A DNA stretch of 14,953 nt from Candidatus Ratteibacteria bacterium (GCA_049971295.1 JBMFLH010000047.1:1-14953), one strand, 5' to 3'; numbered from the stretch's first letter, positions 1 through 8,519 are shown. Program-made: numbers and translations. Notes: generated by a model from the sequence alone, not told the origin.

Positions 1-208
1 CCATGATTTTTTTAACACCTTCTTTTTCAAGACCATCACTCTCTATGTATCTTTCAAGTTTCGTCCTGCCTTCTGAAATCTCAAGCAATTTCATAATTTG
101 ATGCTTTGAAAAGGTTGAATTCAAAAATTTAAAGAGAAAACCTCTTTTTATAGTTCCCTGGAGGATATCAGGTGAAACAGGAAAATTATTTAAGTTCCAG
201 AGTCCCAT
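1..208 (-). CDS. Hypothetical protein, 5' part only (runs off the left edge): MGLWNLNNFPVSPDILQGTIKRGFLFKFLNSTFSKHQIMKLLEISEGRTKLERYIESDGLEKEGVKKIM...
   Basis: Manual translation gives 69 open codons from ATG at 208, preceded by a strong SD (GGAGGTG, 213-219 on -). It starts 20 nt after the stop of the upstream HTH gene. Not in the ORF track; no family recognised. Confidence 0.75.
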   Translation of the reverse strand, partial: MGLWNLNNFPVSPDILQGTIKRGFLFKFLNSTFSKHQIMKLLEISEGRTKLERYIESDGLEKEGVKKIM

Positions 209-228
209 ATTTCACCTCCATGCTGGAT

Positions 229-696
229 TTATACTTCAGTTTCGTATCTCATTTTTTTTAAATCAATATTTTTCTCCTTCAGCATAAGTCTAATGGATTC
301 ATAACTGATTTTTTCAACCCATTCCTTGCTTTCTACATATTGCTTTAGTTTACAAAGTGTCCATCGAGAAAATTTCAAACCAAGTTTTCTTGGCGAAACA
401 TGGACAAGATTTATAATCCTATCTCTCAATGCATCATTGAATTTCTTTCGGATTCCTCTGGCAGGTGAGGTGACAATGGCTTTAATTCCTGCCTCATTAT
501 ATCGATGAATCCATTTTCTCAGATGATTCGGATGAAAACCTAGAATTCCTGCAATCTCCTTTACTTCGTATCTTTTAACACCAGACAAAAAAATTGCCCT
601 GGCACGTTTTTTTAGGTAATTATGCCCTTTTTCCATTAAATGCAGAAGGAGTTCCCTTTCCTTCTTGGTAATTTTCTTGACAAATATCGGCCTCAT
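229..696 (-). CDS. Helix-turn-helix protein resembling the N-terminal DNA-binding half of IS630-family transposases; no DDE domain
   Basis: Motifs RARAIFL..G...EIA.ILG.....LRKWIHRYNEAG, P..LG...SRWTL..L and ISYESIR..LK are typical of IS630 OrfA HTH plus winged helix. Has an SD (GGGGTGAT) and a clean TAA. Confidence 0.8.
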   Translation of the reverse strand: MRPIFVKKITKKERELLLHLMEKGHNYLKKRARAIFLSGVKRYEVKEIAGILGFHPNHLRKWIHRYNEAGIKAIVTSPARGIRKKFNDALRDRIINLVHVSPRKLGLKFSRWTLCKLKQYVESKEWVEKISYESIRLMLKEKNIDLKKMRYETEV

Positions 697-717
697 ATCA
701 CCCCTTTTTTTGAAATT

Positions 718-746
718 ATTTTACCTATTTTTTTGAAAAACGTCAA
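718..746 (-). promoter_or_regulatory. Sigma70-type promoter for the HTH gene
   Basis: On - strand: TTGACG (746-741), 17-bp spacer, TAAAAT (723-718). Confidence 0.65.
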
Positions 747-812
747 TATCAAACAATTTTTACCAAAAAACATTCGCAGGACTTAAAATGCAATCTTTTT
801 TGCGTCAATTCT

Positions 813-842
813 TTGACAAATGGAAATTATATGTGATATAAC
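813..842 (+). promoter_or_regulatory. Sigma70-type promoter for the aroC-like gene
   Basis: TTGACA (813-818), 18-bp spacer, extended -10 TGaTATAAC (834-842). Confidence 0.7.
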
Positions 843-912
843 ATACCAGGATAGAGTAAATAGGAAGAAAAATGAAACAACAATCAAGATGTTTTTCAAC
901 CGAGGGGGGAGA

Positions 913-2247
913 ATGGTTGGATGTACTTTAGGCAGGTGCTTCAAGGTTACAGTTGCAGGTGGTTCTTATCAGGAAGGGCTTCTGGCGGTTGTACAGGGCG
1001 TCCCCTCAGGAATGCTTTTAACTGAGCAGGAAATATATGGAGACTTATTATTACGCAAACCAGGAACAGATGAACTTGCGAGCCCTCGGAAAGAACCTGA
1101 CCTTCCTGTCATTTTTACAGGTCTTAACGCTGACGACACCATTGAAGGAGCTGGAAACAAAAATCTTACCAATGGTACACCTCTTACAATACTCATTCCA
1201 AATTTGGACAGGCATTTTATACACGTAAAGCAATATCAGGATACAAATCGTACACCCCGACCAGGACACGCTTCATACGCATCTTTTATTAAATATGGCC
1301 CAGATGATGACGCCATAGGTGCAGGGATATTCAGCGGAAGATATACATCAACCATTGTTGCTGCTGGATATGTTGCAAAAAAAATTCTGGGATACTGTGG
1401 TATAAGAGTTTTTTCTTACATAAAAGAATTGGCTGGTGTTAGATGTGGTGAAGTCGATTACGAAAAGGCATTTACATACACAGAATGTTACAAACAAATG
1501 AGAAGGGATACAGACCCATTTTACCAGGAAATATATGTAAAAAATCGTATAAACATGGATATGCGTTTTCTTGAAAAGATGCAAATTTTTTTAGAGATAG
1601 AAAAAGAGATTGACGCTATTCGCGAAAAAACGCCAAAATTATCACACCAGGAAATATATGAAAAATATAAGGTCCATCATGTTGTTAACTGTCCTGATAT
1701 AGAGGCAGCAAAGGCAATGCTTGAAGCCGCCAATAAAATCACTGTCACAGGAGATTCTTCAGGCGGAGTGATTGAAGTGATTGCCCTTGGCGTTCCTGCT
1801 GGGTTGGGAGAACCTGTTTTTGATAAACTGGATGCGGAGCTTGGTAGAATGATGGGGATTGGTGCAGTTAAGGGAGTGGAAATTGGAGCCGGATTTGCAG
1901 TGAAGGATATGACAGGAAGCCAGTGTAATGACCAGATGCGAGCAGAAAATGGAAAAGTCATTTTCCTTTCAAATAATGCTGGTGGGATAACAGGAGGACT
2001 GACAACAGGACAGCCAATAGTGGTGCGCCTTGCAGTGAAACCCACTCCTACAATTGCCAGAGTACAGCAAACTATTGATAAGTATACTTTCGAAAATAAA
2101 ACCCTTGCTGCGATCACCAGGCGCGATCCGACCATTGTGGGAAGGATCTGGCCAGTGGCAGAAAACTATACGGCACTCGTGCTTCTTGATCATCTCATGA
2201 TTAACTACGGATATCAGGCAATCAGAGAGAAGATTACCAACCAATAA
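913..2247 (+). CDS. aroC: Chorismate synthase family protein (divergent AroC-like flavoenzyme), 444 aa
   Basis: Retains PRxEPD, GTPL, PRPGHA, VAAG, CPD, GDSSGG, GLGEPVFDKLDA, AVKGVEIGAGF, NNAGGITGG, KPTPTI and RxDP. Start moved from 820 to ATG 913 because of the SD GAGGGGGGAG and because the promoter overlaps 820. The family is secure; canonical activity is not (see findings). Confidence 0.85.
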   Translation: MVGCTLGRCFKVTVAGGSYQEGLLAVVQGVPSGMLLTEQEIYGDLLLRKPGTDELASPRKEPDLPVIFTGLNADDTIEGAGNKNLTNGTPLTILIPNLDRHFIHVKQYQDTNRTPRPGHASYASFIKYGPDDDAIGAGIFSGRYTSTIVAAGYVAKKILGYCGIRVFSYIKELAGVRCGEVDYEKAFTYTECYKQMRRDTDPFYQEIYVKNRINMDMRFLEKMQIFLEIEKEIDAIREKTPKLSHQEIYEKYKVHHVVNCPDIEAAKAMLEAANKITVTGDSSGGVIEVIALGVPAGLGEPVFDKLDAELGRMMGIGAVKGVEIGAGFAVKDMTGSQCNDQMRAENGKVIFLSNNAGGITGGLTTGQPIVVRLAVKPTPTIARVQQTIDKYTFENKTLAAITRRDPTIVGRIWPVAENYTALVLLDHLMINYGYQAIREKITNQ

Positions 2248-2283
2248 ATTTTAAGCCAAAAAATAATGATAAAGCACCATCAC

Positions 2284-2312
2284 TTGACAGAAAATTTTTA
2301 TTAGATTAAACT
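2284..2312 (+). promoter_or_regulatory. Sigma70-type promoter of the tetR-efflux operon
   Basis: TTGACA (2284-2289), 17 bp, TAAACT (2307-2312). Confidence 0.75.
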
Positions 2313-2313
2313 C

Positions 2314-2333
2314 TTGACTGACTGGTCAGTCAA
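2314..2333. promoter_or_regulatory. Palindromic operator, probably bound by the adjacent TetR
   Basis: TTGACTGAC-TG-GTCAGTCAA is a perfect 9-bp inverted repeat over the predicted transcription start, directly upstream of tetR. Confidence 0.8.
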
Positions 2334-2348
2334 AATTATGACAATACT

Positions 2349-2924
2349 ATGAAAAACAAAAGAAAAACTATTATTGAAGCGGCTTCGAAAATTATTGGCA
2401 AAAAAGGCTATTCATTGACAACAGTTGATGAAATTACAGCAAAATCCGGCATTGGTAAAGGCACATTCTATATCTATTTCAAAAATAAGGACGATCTTTT
2501 CTATGCGATCATAGAAGAAAATTTTAATCAATTTCTTGTTGATGTAAAAACCACCATAGAAAAAATTGACGACTTTTTCGAAAAAATCAGAAAGGTGATT
2601 GAAATGTATCTTTCACATCATGAAAAGAATTATTTCTTGTTCAAAATCTTGATTCAGGAAAAACCGTCCATTAAGAAGGGTGAATTTATGAAATTTTGGA
2701 ATACGTTTTTTTCGAGGTGGGATTTTCTAAAAAAAGAAATTTCAGAACAGATTAAGGCAGGGACACTTCAAAATCTTGAATCTGATGATGTGATGTATTC
2801 ACTTCTTGGAATTTTGCACGGCAATATTCACAGGTGGTTGTTAAGTGGAAGAGAGTACTCCCTGGTAAAAAAAACCGACATCGTTTATCAAATGTTTGTA
2901 AATGGAATAAGGAACAGGAAATGA
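2349..2924 (+). CDS. TetR/AcrR family transcriptional regulator
   Basis: N-terminal IIEAA..I..KGY..TTVDEI...SGIGKGTFYIYFKNKDDL HTH signature; first gene of an efflux operon. Confidence 0.95.
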   Translation: MKNKRKTIIEAASKIIGKKGYSLTTVDEITAKSGIGKGTFYIYFKNKDDLFYAIIEENFNQFLVDVKTTIEKIDDFFEKIRKVIEMYLSHHEKNYFLFKILIQEKPSIKKGEFMKFWNTFFSRWDFLKKEISEQIKAGTLQNLESDDVMYSLLGILHGNIHRWLLSGREYSLVKKTDIVYQMFVNGIRNRK

Positions 2925-4216
2925 AAAAAATTATATTTTTGTTTTTGTTCATAACATCTTTGTTGTTTGCCGAAGAAATTCTTTCTCTTGAAGATAGCAT
3001 CAGAATTGCCATTGATAATAATCCTAAAATAAAAATTTCGCAGGCCAGAATCGACCAGGCATATTATCAAAAAGAGATCGCGAAAACGAATTTTTTGCCT
3101 AAGCTTAGTTCTTCTTTTAACTATACTTACCTTGGAAAAAATAGACCAATTAGTTTCAATCCACTTTTTCCATCATTCAAGGTCACTGATGATAATCTTT
3201 ACACCGTAAGTTTTAAAGTTACACAGCCAATTTTTACTGGATGGAAAATCGAAACAGCGTACCAGGTTGGAAAAGAATCATTTGAAAAAACAAAAATTGA
3301 TTATGAAACAGAAATTCAGAATCTTGTTCTTGATGTCAAAAAAGCATATTTCAATGTATTAAAGGCGCAGAGGCTTCTGGAGACAAGTTTAAGATACCGA
3401 GAATCGCTTCAGAACCATCTCAAAGACGCAAAAAGAATGTTTGAAATGGGACTTGTGACCAAACTTGACATTTTGAAGACAGAAGTGGCATTGAAGGATG
3501 CAGAAACCAAAATTACCGAAAGCGAAAATTTTCTGAATCTTGCAAAATCAAATTTCAATTTTGTGTTAAACAGGCCGGTTGACCATAATTTTATCATTCA
3601 GGACATGCTGGAACAGCAGGAAGTAGAAAATGATTATCAGTGGTGGTTAACAACCGCCATGAAACAAAGAAACGAAATAAAAAGTTTCGAAAAAGTTCTC
3701 TCAATCTACGATAAAAACATTAAAATTGAGAAGAGTAATCTATATCCGCAGATGTATTTTTTCTTCAATTATAACTTTGAAAAGGGAACTCAAACATCAA
3801 GAGAGGACTGGAACGATAATTGGAACACTGGTATTCTGTTATCTTACGACATATGGAACTGGGGTGAAACGCAGAATAAGATAAAAAAAGCCGAAAAAAG
3901 CAAGCAGGAAATTGAAAAACAATTTGAACTCGTAAAAAATTCTATTGAGATTGAAGTGAAAAATGCATACCTTAATTTCCTTTCCGCAAAGAAAAAAATC
4001 GAGCAGGCAAAAAAACAAATTGAATCCGCTGAAGAAAACCTGCGGGTTGCCAGGCTTTTATTCAATGAGGGAATGGCAACAACAACAGATGTGATTGATG
4101 CAAATACTGCATTAATTCAGGCAAACAACAATTTTTTTAATTATCTTTACGAGTATCAAATTTCCTGCGCAGAACTTGAAAAAGCAGCGGGTACATGGAC
4201 ATGGAGGAAGCAATGA
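2921..4216 (+). CDS. TolC family outer membrane efflux protein
   Basis: Signal peptide MKKIIFLFLFITSLLFA, then LSLEDSIRIAIDNNP and duplicated OEP helical repeats (FEMGLVTKLD / FNEGMATTTD). Start re-assigned to ATG 2921 (ATGA overlap with the tetR stop). Confidence 0.93.
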   Translation: MKKIIFLFLFITSLLFAEEILSLEDSIRIAIDNNPKIKISQARIDQAYYQKEIAKTNFLPKLSSSFNYTYLGKNRPISFNPLFPSFKVTDDNLYTVSFKVTQPIFTGWKIETAYQVGKESFEKTKIDYETEIQNLVLDVKKAYFNVLKAQRLLETSLRYRESLQNHLKDAKRMFEMGLVTKLDILKTEVALKDAETKITESENFLNLAKSNFNFVLNRPVDHNFIIQDMLEQQEVENDYQWWLTTAMKQRNEIKSFEKVLSIYDKNIKIEKSNLYPQMYFFFNYNFEKGTQTSREDWNDNWNTGILLSYDIWNWGETQNKIKKAEKSKQEIEKQFELVKNSIEIEVKNAYLNFLSAKKKIEQAKKQIESAEENLRVARLLFNEGMATTTDVIDANTALIQANNNFFNYLYEYQISCAELEKAAGTWTWRKQ

Positions 4217-5364
4217 GAAAAACCGTTACAGTAATTGTCATCGTGGTTCTTTTAATCTTTGGTTTTCGTCTGTATAAAAAAATTACAACAAAGGTGCCTC
4301 CAGGTATATCAGAAATTCAGAAACAAACTGGAGTACCTGTTGAAATTGCGGACGTAAAAAGTGAAACATTTACACAATCTATTACCCTTACAGGAGTGGT
4401 GGGAAGTGATGAGGAAGCAAACATTTCCACCAAAATTCCCGGCCGTGTTACAGGCGTTTATGCGGACGAAGGTATGGTTGTTAATCAAGGACAAATTCTT
4501 TTAACCATAGATGACCTGCAATTAAAAATACAAAAATCCCAGGTTCAAAACCAGATTGTTGTTGCCCAAACCAATGTTGATACAATCAAACTGCAACTCA
4601 ACGATGCTGAAAAGGACCTGAAAAGGATGGAACAATTATTTAAGGAAAATGCAATCTCACAAAAACAACTTGAGAATTATCAACTGAAACTTGATACATT
4701 GAAAAATAATTATGAATCAGCCATTAGGAACTTACAGGTTGTTAAAGACAATCTGAAACTTATTGAAACACAGATTGACGATTGTACAATCAGAGCACCA
4801 TTTTCCGGTATCATTGGAATTAAAAACGTGGATATAGGCGAAATCGTTACTTCCGGGCAGGTACTGATGACGCTATTTAATACAAATAAACTTAACGTAC
4901 AGATCAAGGTACCAGAAAATTATCTTCCCGAAATAAAAGTCGGACAGGATATCATTATTGAAATCGATGCAACAAATGGCAAGCAAATCATTGGAAAAGT
5001 TAAGAAAATTTCTGGTTCTCCTGATCCTAAAACAAGAATGTTTATTGTTTATGCTTCTTTACCAGGGAACCACAGAGATGCCAGACCTGGGATGTTTGTG
5101 CATGCAAAAATTATCATCAGGACAAAGCAAAATGCCATTGTTGTTCCCCAGCAAGCAATTTTGCAAGAAAACAATAAAACATTTGTCTACATTGTTGACG
5201 CAAACAAAGCAAAAAAAATTGAGGTTGTGACAGGGGATAGAACCGATGATACTATTGAAATTATTTCAGGTCTGAAACCAGGAGAAAAAATCATTACATC
5301 AAACCTCGAAAATCTTTCACAGGGAACAATAATCAAAATCACAGAAAGAGAGAGCAATCAATGA
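4213..5364 (+). CDS. RND efflux periplasmic adaptor (membrane fusion protein)
   Basis: N-terminal anchor, lipoyl halves (IPGRV...EG..V..GQ.L and IRAPFSGII), coiled-coil hairpin, RPGMFV, VVPQQAI, SGLKPGEKII. Start at ATG 4213 with SD GGAGG and ATGA overlap. Confidence 0.95.
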   Translation: MRKTVTVIVIVVLLIFGFRLYKKITTKVPPGISEIQKQTGVPVEIADVKSETFTQSITLTGVVGSDEEANISTKIPGRVTGVYADEGMVVNQGQILLTIDDLQLKIQKSQVQNQIVVAQTNVDTIKLQLNDAEKDLKRMEQLFKENAISQKQLENYQLKLDTLKNNYESAIRNLQVVKDNLKLIETQIDDCTIRAPFSGIIGIKNVDIGEIVTSGQVLMTLFNTNKLNVQIKVPENYLPEIKVGQDIIIEIDATNGKQIIGKVKKISGSPDPKTRMFIVYASLPGNHRDARPGMFVHAKIIIRTKQNAIVVPQQAILQENNKTFVYIVDANKAKKIEVVTGDRTDDTIEIISGLKPGEKIITSNLENLSQGTIIKITERESNQ

Positions 5365-8300
5365 ATCCTGTAAAACTTGCAATCAAAAGACCAGTACTTG
5401 TGATGGTAATGTTTATGATTGTGATGCTCCTTGGTTTTTTCTCTTTACCAAAACTAAAAGTTGATCTGACCCCAAAGGTAAACATTCCTGTTGTCACAGT
5501 AACAACTGTCTATCCTGGAGCAGGTCCTGACCAGGTTCAGACCCTTGTAACAAAACCAATTGAGGATGCTATCAGTACAACAAACAATTTAAAAAACATC
5601 AGGTCTGCTTCCATAGAAGGGGCTTCAATTATTATTGCGGAATTCAATATGGGGACATCTGTTGACATTGCAACAACAGATGTCAGAGAAAAAATCTCTG
5701 CGATACTCGGAGACCTTCCTGAAGATGTCAGGCAGCCAGAAATTCAAAAAGTGGATATTAACGCTATGCCTGTATTGTACTTAAGCATTTCTGGGGATAA
5801 CCTGAGAAACATATATGACATTGCGGACAATTACATAAAGCCAAAATTACAGTCAGTCAGTGGTGTTGGGAAAATTGAACTGGTTGGCGGAGAGAAACGA
5901 GAAATCAGAGTTGAGGCGTATCCTGAAAAATTGAGATACTATGGAATGGATTTGTCCGGGCTTGCGCAAAGGTTAAAACTTGAAAATGTCAATATCCCTT
6001 CAGGCCATTACCTTTTAGCAGAAAGAGAAATTTCAGGAAGGGTAAACACTGAGTTCAAAAATCCCGCAGAGATTCCTTTTCTCAATATTCCTGTTTTTGA
6101 TATGTCTACGGGAACAGTAAGAACAGTAAAATTGGATTCAATAGCAAGGGTATTAGACACTTCAGCAGAAATAAGAAACAAAACAAAAACAAACGGTAAA
6201 GAATCAGTTGGCTTAATTATACAAAAACAACCTGATGCAAATACAATAGAAGTCGTTGATAATGTAAAAAAGGTAATTCCTGATATTGAAAAAAACCTTC
6301 CAGCAGGGTCAAAAATTGCTGTTGTTGTTGATAATTCTGATTTTATCAGATCTTCTGTCAATGATGTGTGGCACAAACTTTTTATTGCGGTGATTCTAAC
6401 AGGTATAATACTGTTTGCCTTTCTATATAGCTTGGGTAGCACACTTATTGTATGTCTTGCAATTCCTGTTTCACTTGTTGGAACCTTGTTTTTTACCTAT
6501 ATTTCAAGGTTTACTCTGAACATTCTTTCGCTTTCAAGCTTGACACTTTCTGTTGGAATTGTTGTTGATAGTTCTATCGTCATTATTGAAAACATTTATC
6601 GCCATAGAAAAGAATTAAAAGAATCACCAGAAGTCGCGGCAGAGCAGGGCGCAATGGAAGTGTCGTCAGCCGTTACTGCAACCATGCTTACACATATGGT
6701 GGTATTTTTACCCATCGTTTTCATGTCAGGTCTTATAGGACAATTTTTTAAAGAATTTGGAATGATACAGGTTTATACATCTCTGCTTGCCCTTGCAGTT
6801 GGTTTTACATTAACGCCGATGCTGACGACAAAATTTTTGAAGGACGCAGGTGAAAAACCATGGGTAATAAAAGCAGAAAAACAATTTGAGGCTTTCAAAA
6901 ATGGGTACAGGCACGGATTGCAAAAATTTCTTAAAAAACCAAAGGCATTTCTAATCTTGATTACCATCCTCATACCGGTAAGTTTTATCTTGCTTCCCCT
7001 GATTGGTTTTGAAATGATTACAAAGACAGACGAAGGTATGTATCAGGTATCGGTACGACTTGCCCCGGGTACAAACCTTGCAAAAACAGAAAGCATCGTT
7101 AAACAGATAGAAAATAAAATTATGTCATATCCTGAAACCGAACAGGTCTTTTCAACGATTGGTAAAATTGTTGGTGGTACGATATCAATTGGCGCAGAAG
7201 GTCCAGAATACGCTCAGATTCAGGTAAAATTGAAAGAAAAAAGAAAGAAAAGCACACCTGAAATCATTGAAGAAATCAAACCATTTCTTGCAACAATCCC
7301 CGGGACAATTACAGTGTCGCAATATACATCAATGTCACGTGGTGGTAGTCCTTTGCAATTATATGTAACTGGGTCTGATGAAAATACAGTTACAAAAACA
7401 TCAGAACAGGTATTTCAATTAATTAAAGAAATACCTGGTATTTCCACAATTGATACATCATACCATCCAGGAAAACCGGAAATAAACTTTGTCGTCAAAA
7501 GAGACCAGCTTGCTGAAAATAATCTCAGCTCCAGTCAGGTTGCGACGATATGCAGGTCTGCCCTTGAAGGAATTGTTCCGACAAAGTTCAGATATAAAGA
7601 GAACGAATATGATATCAGGGTAACAATTCCTGAAGAAATGAAAAAAGACCATCAAATTCTTGAAAACCTACCTGTTGTCAACTCAATGCAAAATATGTTC
7701 GTTTTGAAACAGGTTGCAGAAATCAAAGAAACCACAGGTCCAACAATGAAAGAAAGATATAATAGAAGACCAAGTGTAACAATCCAGGGAGACGTAAATA
7801 AACCGCTGGGAACAGTGCTGACTTCAATAAAAAATAAAATCAAGAATGAAAAACTTCCTCCAGAAGTAAAAATCGTGATTGGCGGAGAAGGCGAAAGAAT
7901 GGCTGAGGCATTTAAAGATTTATTCCTTGCAATTTTGCTTTCAGTACTTCTTGTTTATCTCGTAATGGCTGCGCAGTTTGAAAGCTGGATAGAACCCTTT
8001 ATCATTATGGGGACATTGCCACTTTCAATCATAGGCATCCTCACAGGATTGTTTCTAACTGGAAAAACCATAAATATTTTCAGTTTAATGGGAGTGATTG
8101 TTCTGGTTGGAATTGTTGTAAGTAATGGCATCCTCATTATTAACTTTGCAAAAAATATGATTTTAAGTGGCAGGGACCCAGAAGAGTCAGTTATAGAGGC
8201 GAGTGCATCAAGATTGCGGCCAATTTTAATGACAACGCTTTCAATGGTTGGTGGAATGCTTCCCCTTGCACTTGCTGTGGGAAAAGGTTCAGTATTAAAA

Positions 8301-8411
8301 GCACCAATGGCAGTCAGTGTGATCAGCGGGCTATTGAGTTCAACGCTCCTGACTCTTTTCATCATCCCGCTTGCATACCTTTTTTATGTTAAAAAGGCAC
8401 ATAAAAAATGA
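5361..8411 (+). CDS. RND efflux transporter permease (AcrB/AcrD/AcrF family), 1016 aa
   Basis: IKRPV, YPGAGP..V...VTKPIE, GIVVDSSIVIIENI, AQFES...P, RLRPILMT, PMAVSVISGL; repeated hydrophobic TM pattern; ATGA overlap with the MFP gene. Confidence 0.96.
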   Translation: MNPVKLAIKRPVLVMVMFMIVMLLGFFSLPKLKVDLTPKVNIPVVTVTTVYPGAGPDQVQTLVTKPIEDAISTTNNLKNIRSASIEGASIIIAEFNMGTSVDIATTDVREKISAILGDLPEDVRQPEIQKVDINAMPVLYLSISGDNLRNIYDIADNYIKPKLQSVSGVGKIELVGGEKREIRVEAYPEKLRYYGMDLSGLAQRLKLENVNIPSGHYLLAEREISGRVNTEFKNPAEIPFLNIPVFDMSTGTVRTVKLDSIARVLDTSAEIRNKTKTNGKESVGLIIQKQPDANTIEVVDNVKKVIPDIEKNLPAGSKIAVVVDNSDFIRSSVNDVWHKLFIAVILTGIILFAFLYSLGSTLIVCLAIPVSLVGTLFFTYISRFTLNILSLSSLTLSVGIVVDSSIVIIENIYRHRKELKESPEVAAEQGAMEVSSAVTATMLTHMVVFLPIVFMSGLIGQFFKEFGMIQVYTSLLALAVGFTLTPMLTTKFLKDAGEKPWVIKAEKQFEAFKNGYRHGLQKFLKKPKAFLILITILIPVSFILLPLIGFEMITKTDEGMYQVSVRLAPGTNLAKTESIVKQIENKIMSYPETEQVFSTIGKIVGGTISIGAEGPEYAQIQVKLKEKRKKSTPEIIEEIKPFLATIPGTITVSQYTSMSRGGSPLQLYVTGSDENTVTKTSEQVFQLIKEIPGISTIDTSYHPGKPEINFVVKRDQLAENNLSSSQVATICRSALEGIVPTKFRYKENEYDIRVTIPEEMKKDHQILENLPVVNSMQNMFVLKQVAEIKETTGPTMKERYNRRPSVTIQGDVNKPLGTVLTSIKNKIKNEKLPPEVKIVIGGEGERMAEAFKDLFLAILLSVLLVYLVMAAQFESWIEPFIIMGTLPLSIIGILTGLFLTGKTINIFSLMGVIVLVGIVVSNGILIINFAKNMILSGRDPEESVIEASASRLRPILMTTLSMVGGMLPLALAVGKGSVLKAPMAVSVISGLLSSTLLTLFIIPLAYLFYVKKAHKK

Positions 8412-8482
8412 GCCCACGGGGAGATTCGAACTCCCGACCCGTCGCTTACGAAGCGACTGCTCTACCACTGAGCTACGAGGGC
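8411..8482 (-). tRNA. tRNA-Thr(CGT)
   Basis: GCCCTCGTAGCTCAGTGGTAGAGCAGTCGCTTCGTAAGCGACGGGTCGGGAGTTCGAATCTCCCCGTGGGCT folds as a cloverleaf. Anticodon arm GTCGC-TTCGTAA-GCGAC; T-loop TTCGAAT; CCA not encoded. Confidence 0.95.
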
Positions 8483-8490
8483 TTTATTTA

Positions 8491-8519
8491 ATTATACCTG
8501 AAAAATTCTATCCTTCCAA
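8491..8519 (-). promoter_or_regulatory. Probable promoter of tRNA-Thr
   Basis: On - strand: TTGGAA (8519-8514), 17 bp, TATAAT (8496-8491). Confidence 0.6.

Noticed and set aside
209..262. Programmed frameshift at the A8 run fusing the IS630-like HTH to the downstream ORF
   Set aside because: The -1 frame has two TGA stops before the next ATG and the +1 frame stops at once. TGA is a real stop in this genome (tetR, tolC, MFP, RND and the scaffold gene end in TGA).
820..912. 31-aa N-terminal extension of the AroC-like ORF
   Set aside because: It overlaps the promoter; the SD and family homology begin at ATG 913.
1630..1665. Peptide PKLSHQE in the AroC insert resembling PELSHQE in the clostripain insert
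   Set aside because: The match is too short and the DNA differs; most likely chance.
2834..2920. N-terminal extension of TolC in the ORF track
   Set aside because: It lies inside tetR; the signal peptide starts at ATG 2921.
1677..8365. Antisense and alternate-frame ORFs inside aroC-like, tolC, MFP and RND genes (e.g. 1677-2135, 6008-6442, 7955-8365)
   Set aside because: Shadow ORFs of well-supported genes with no recognisable motifs.
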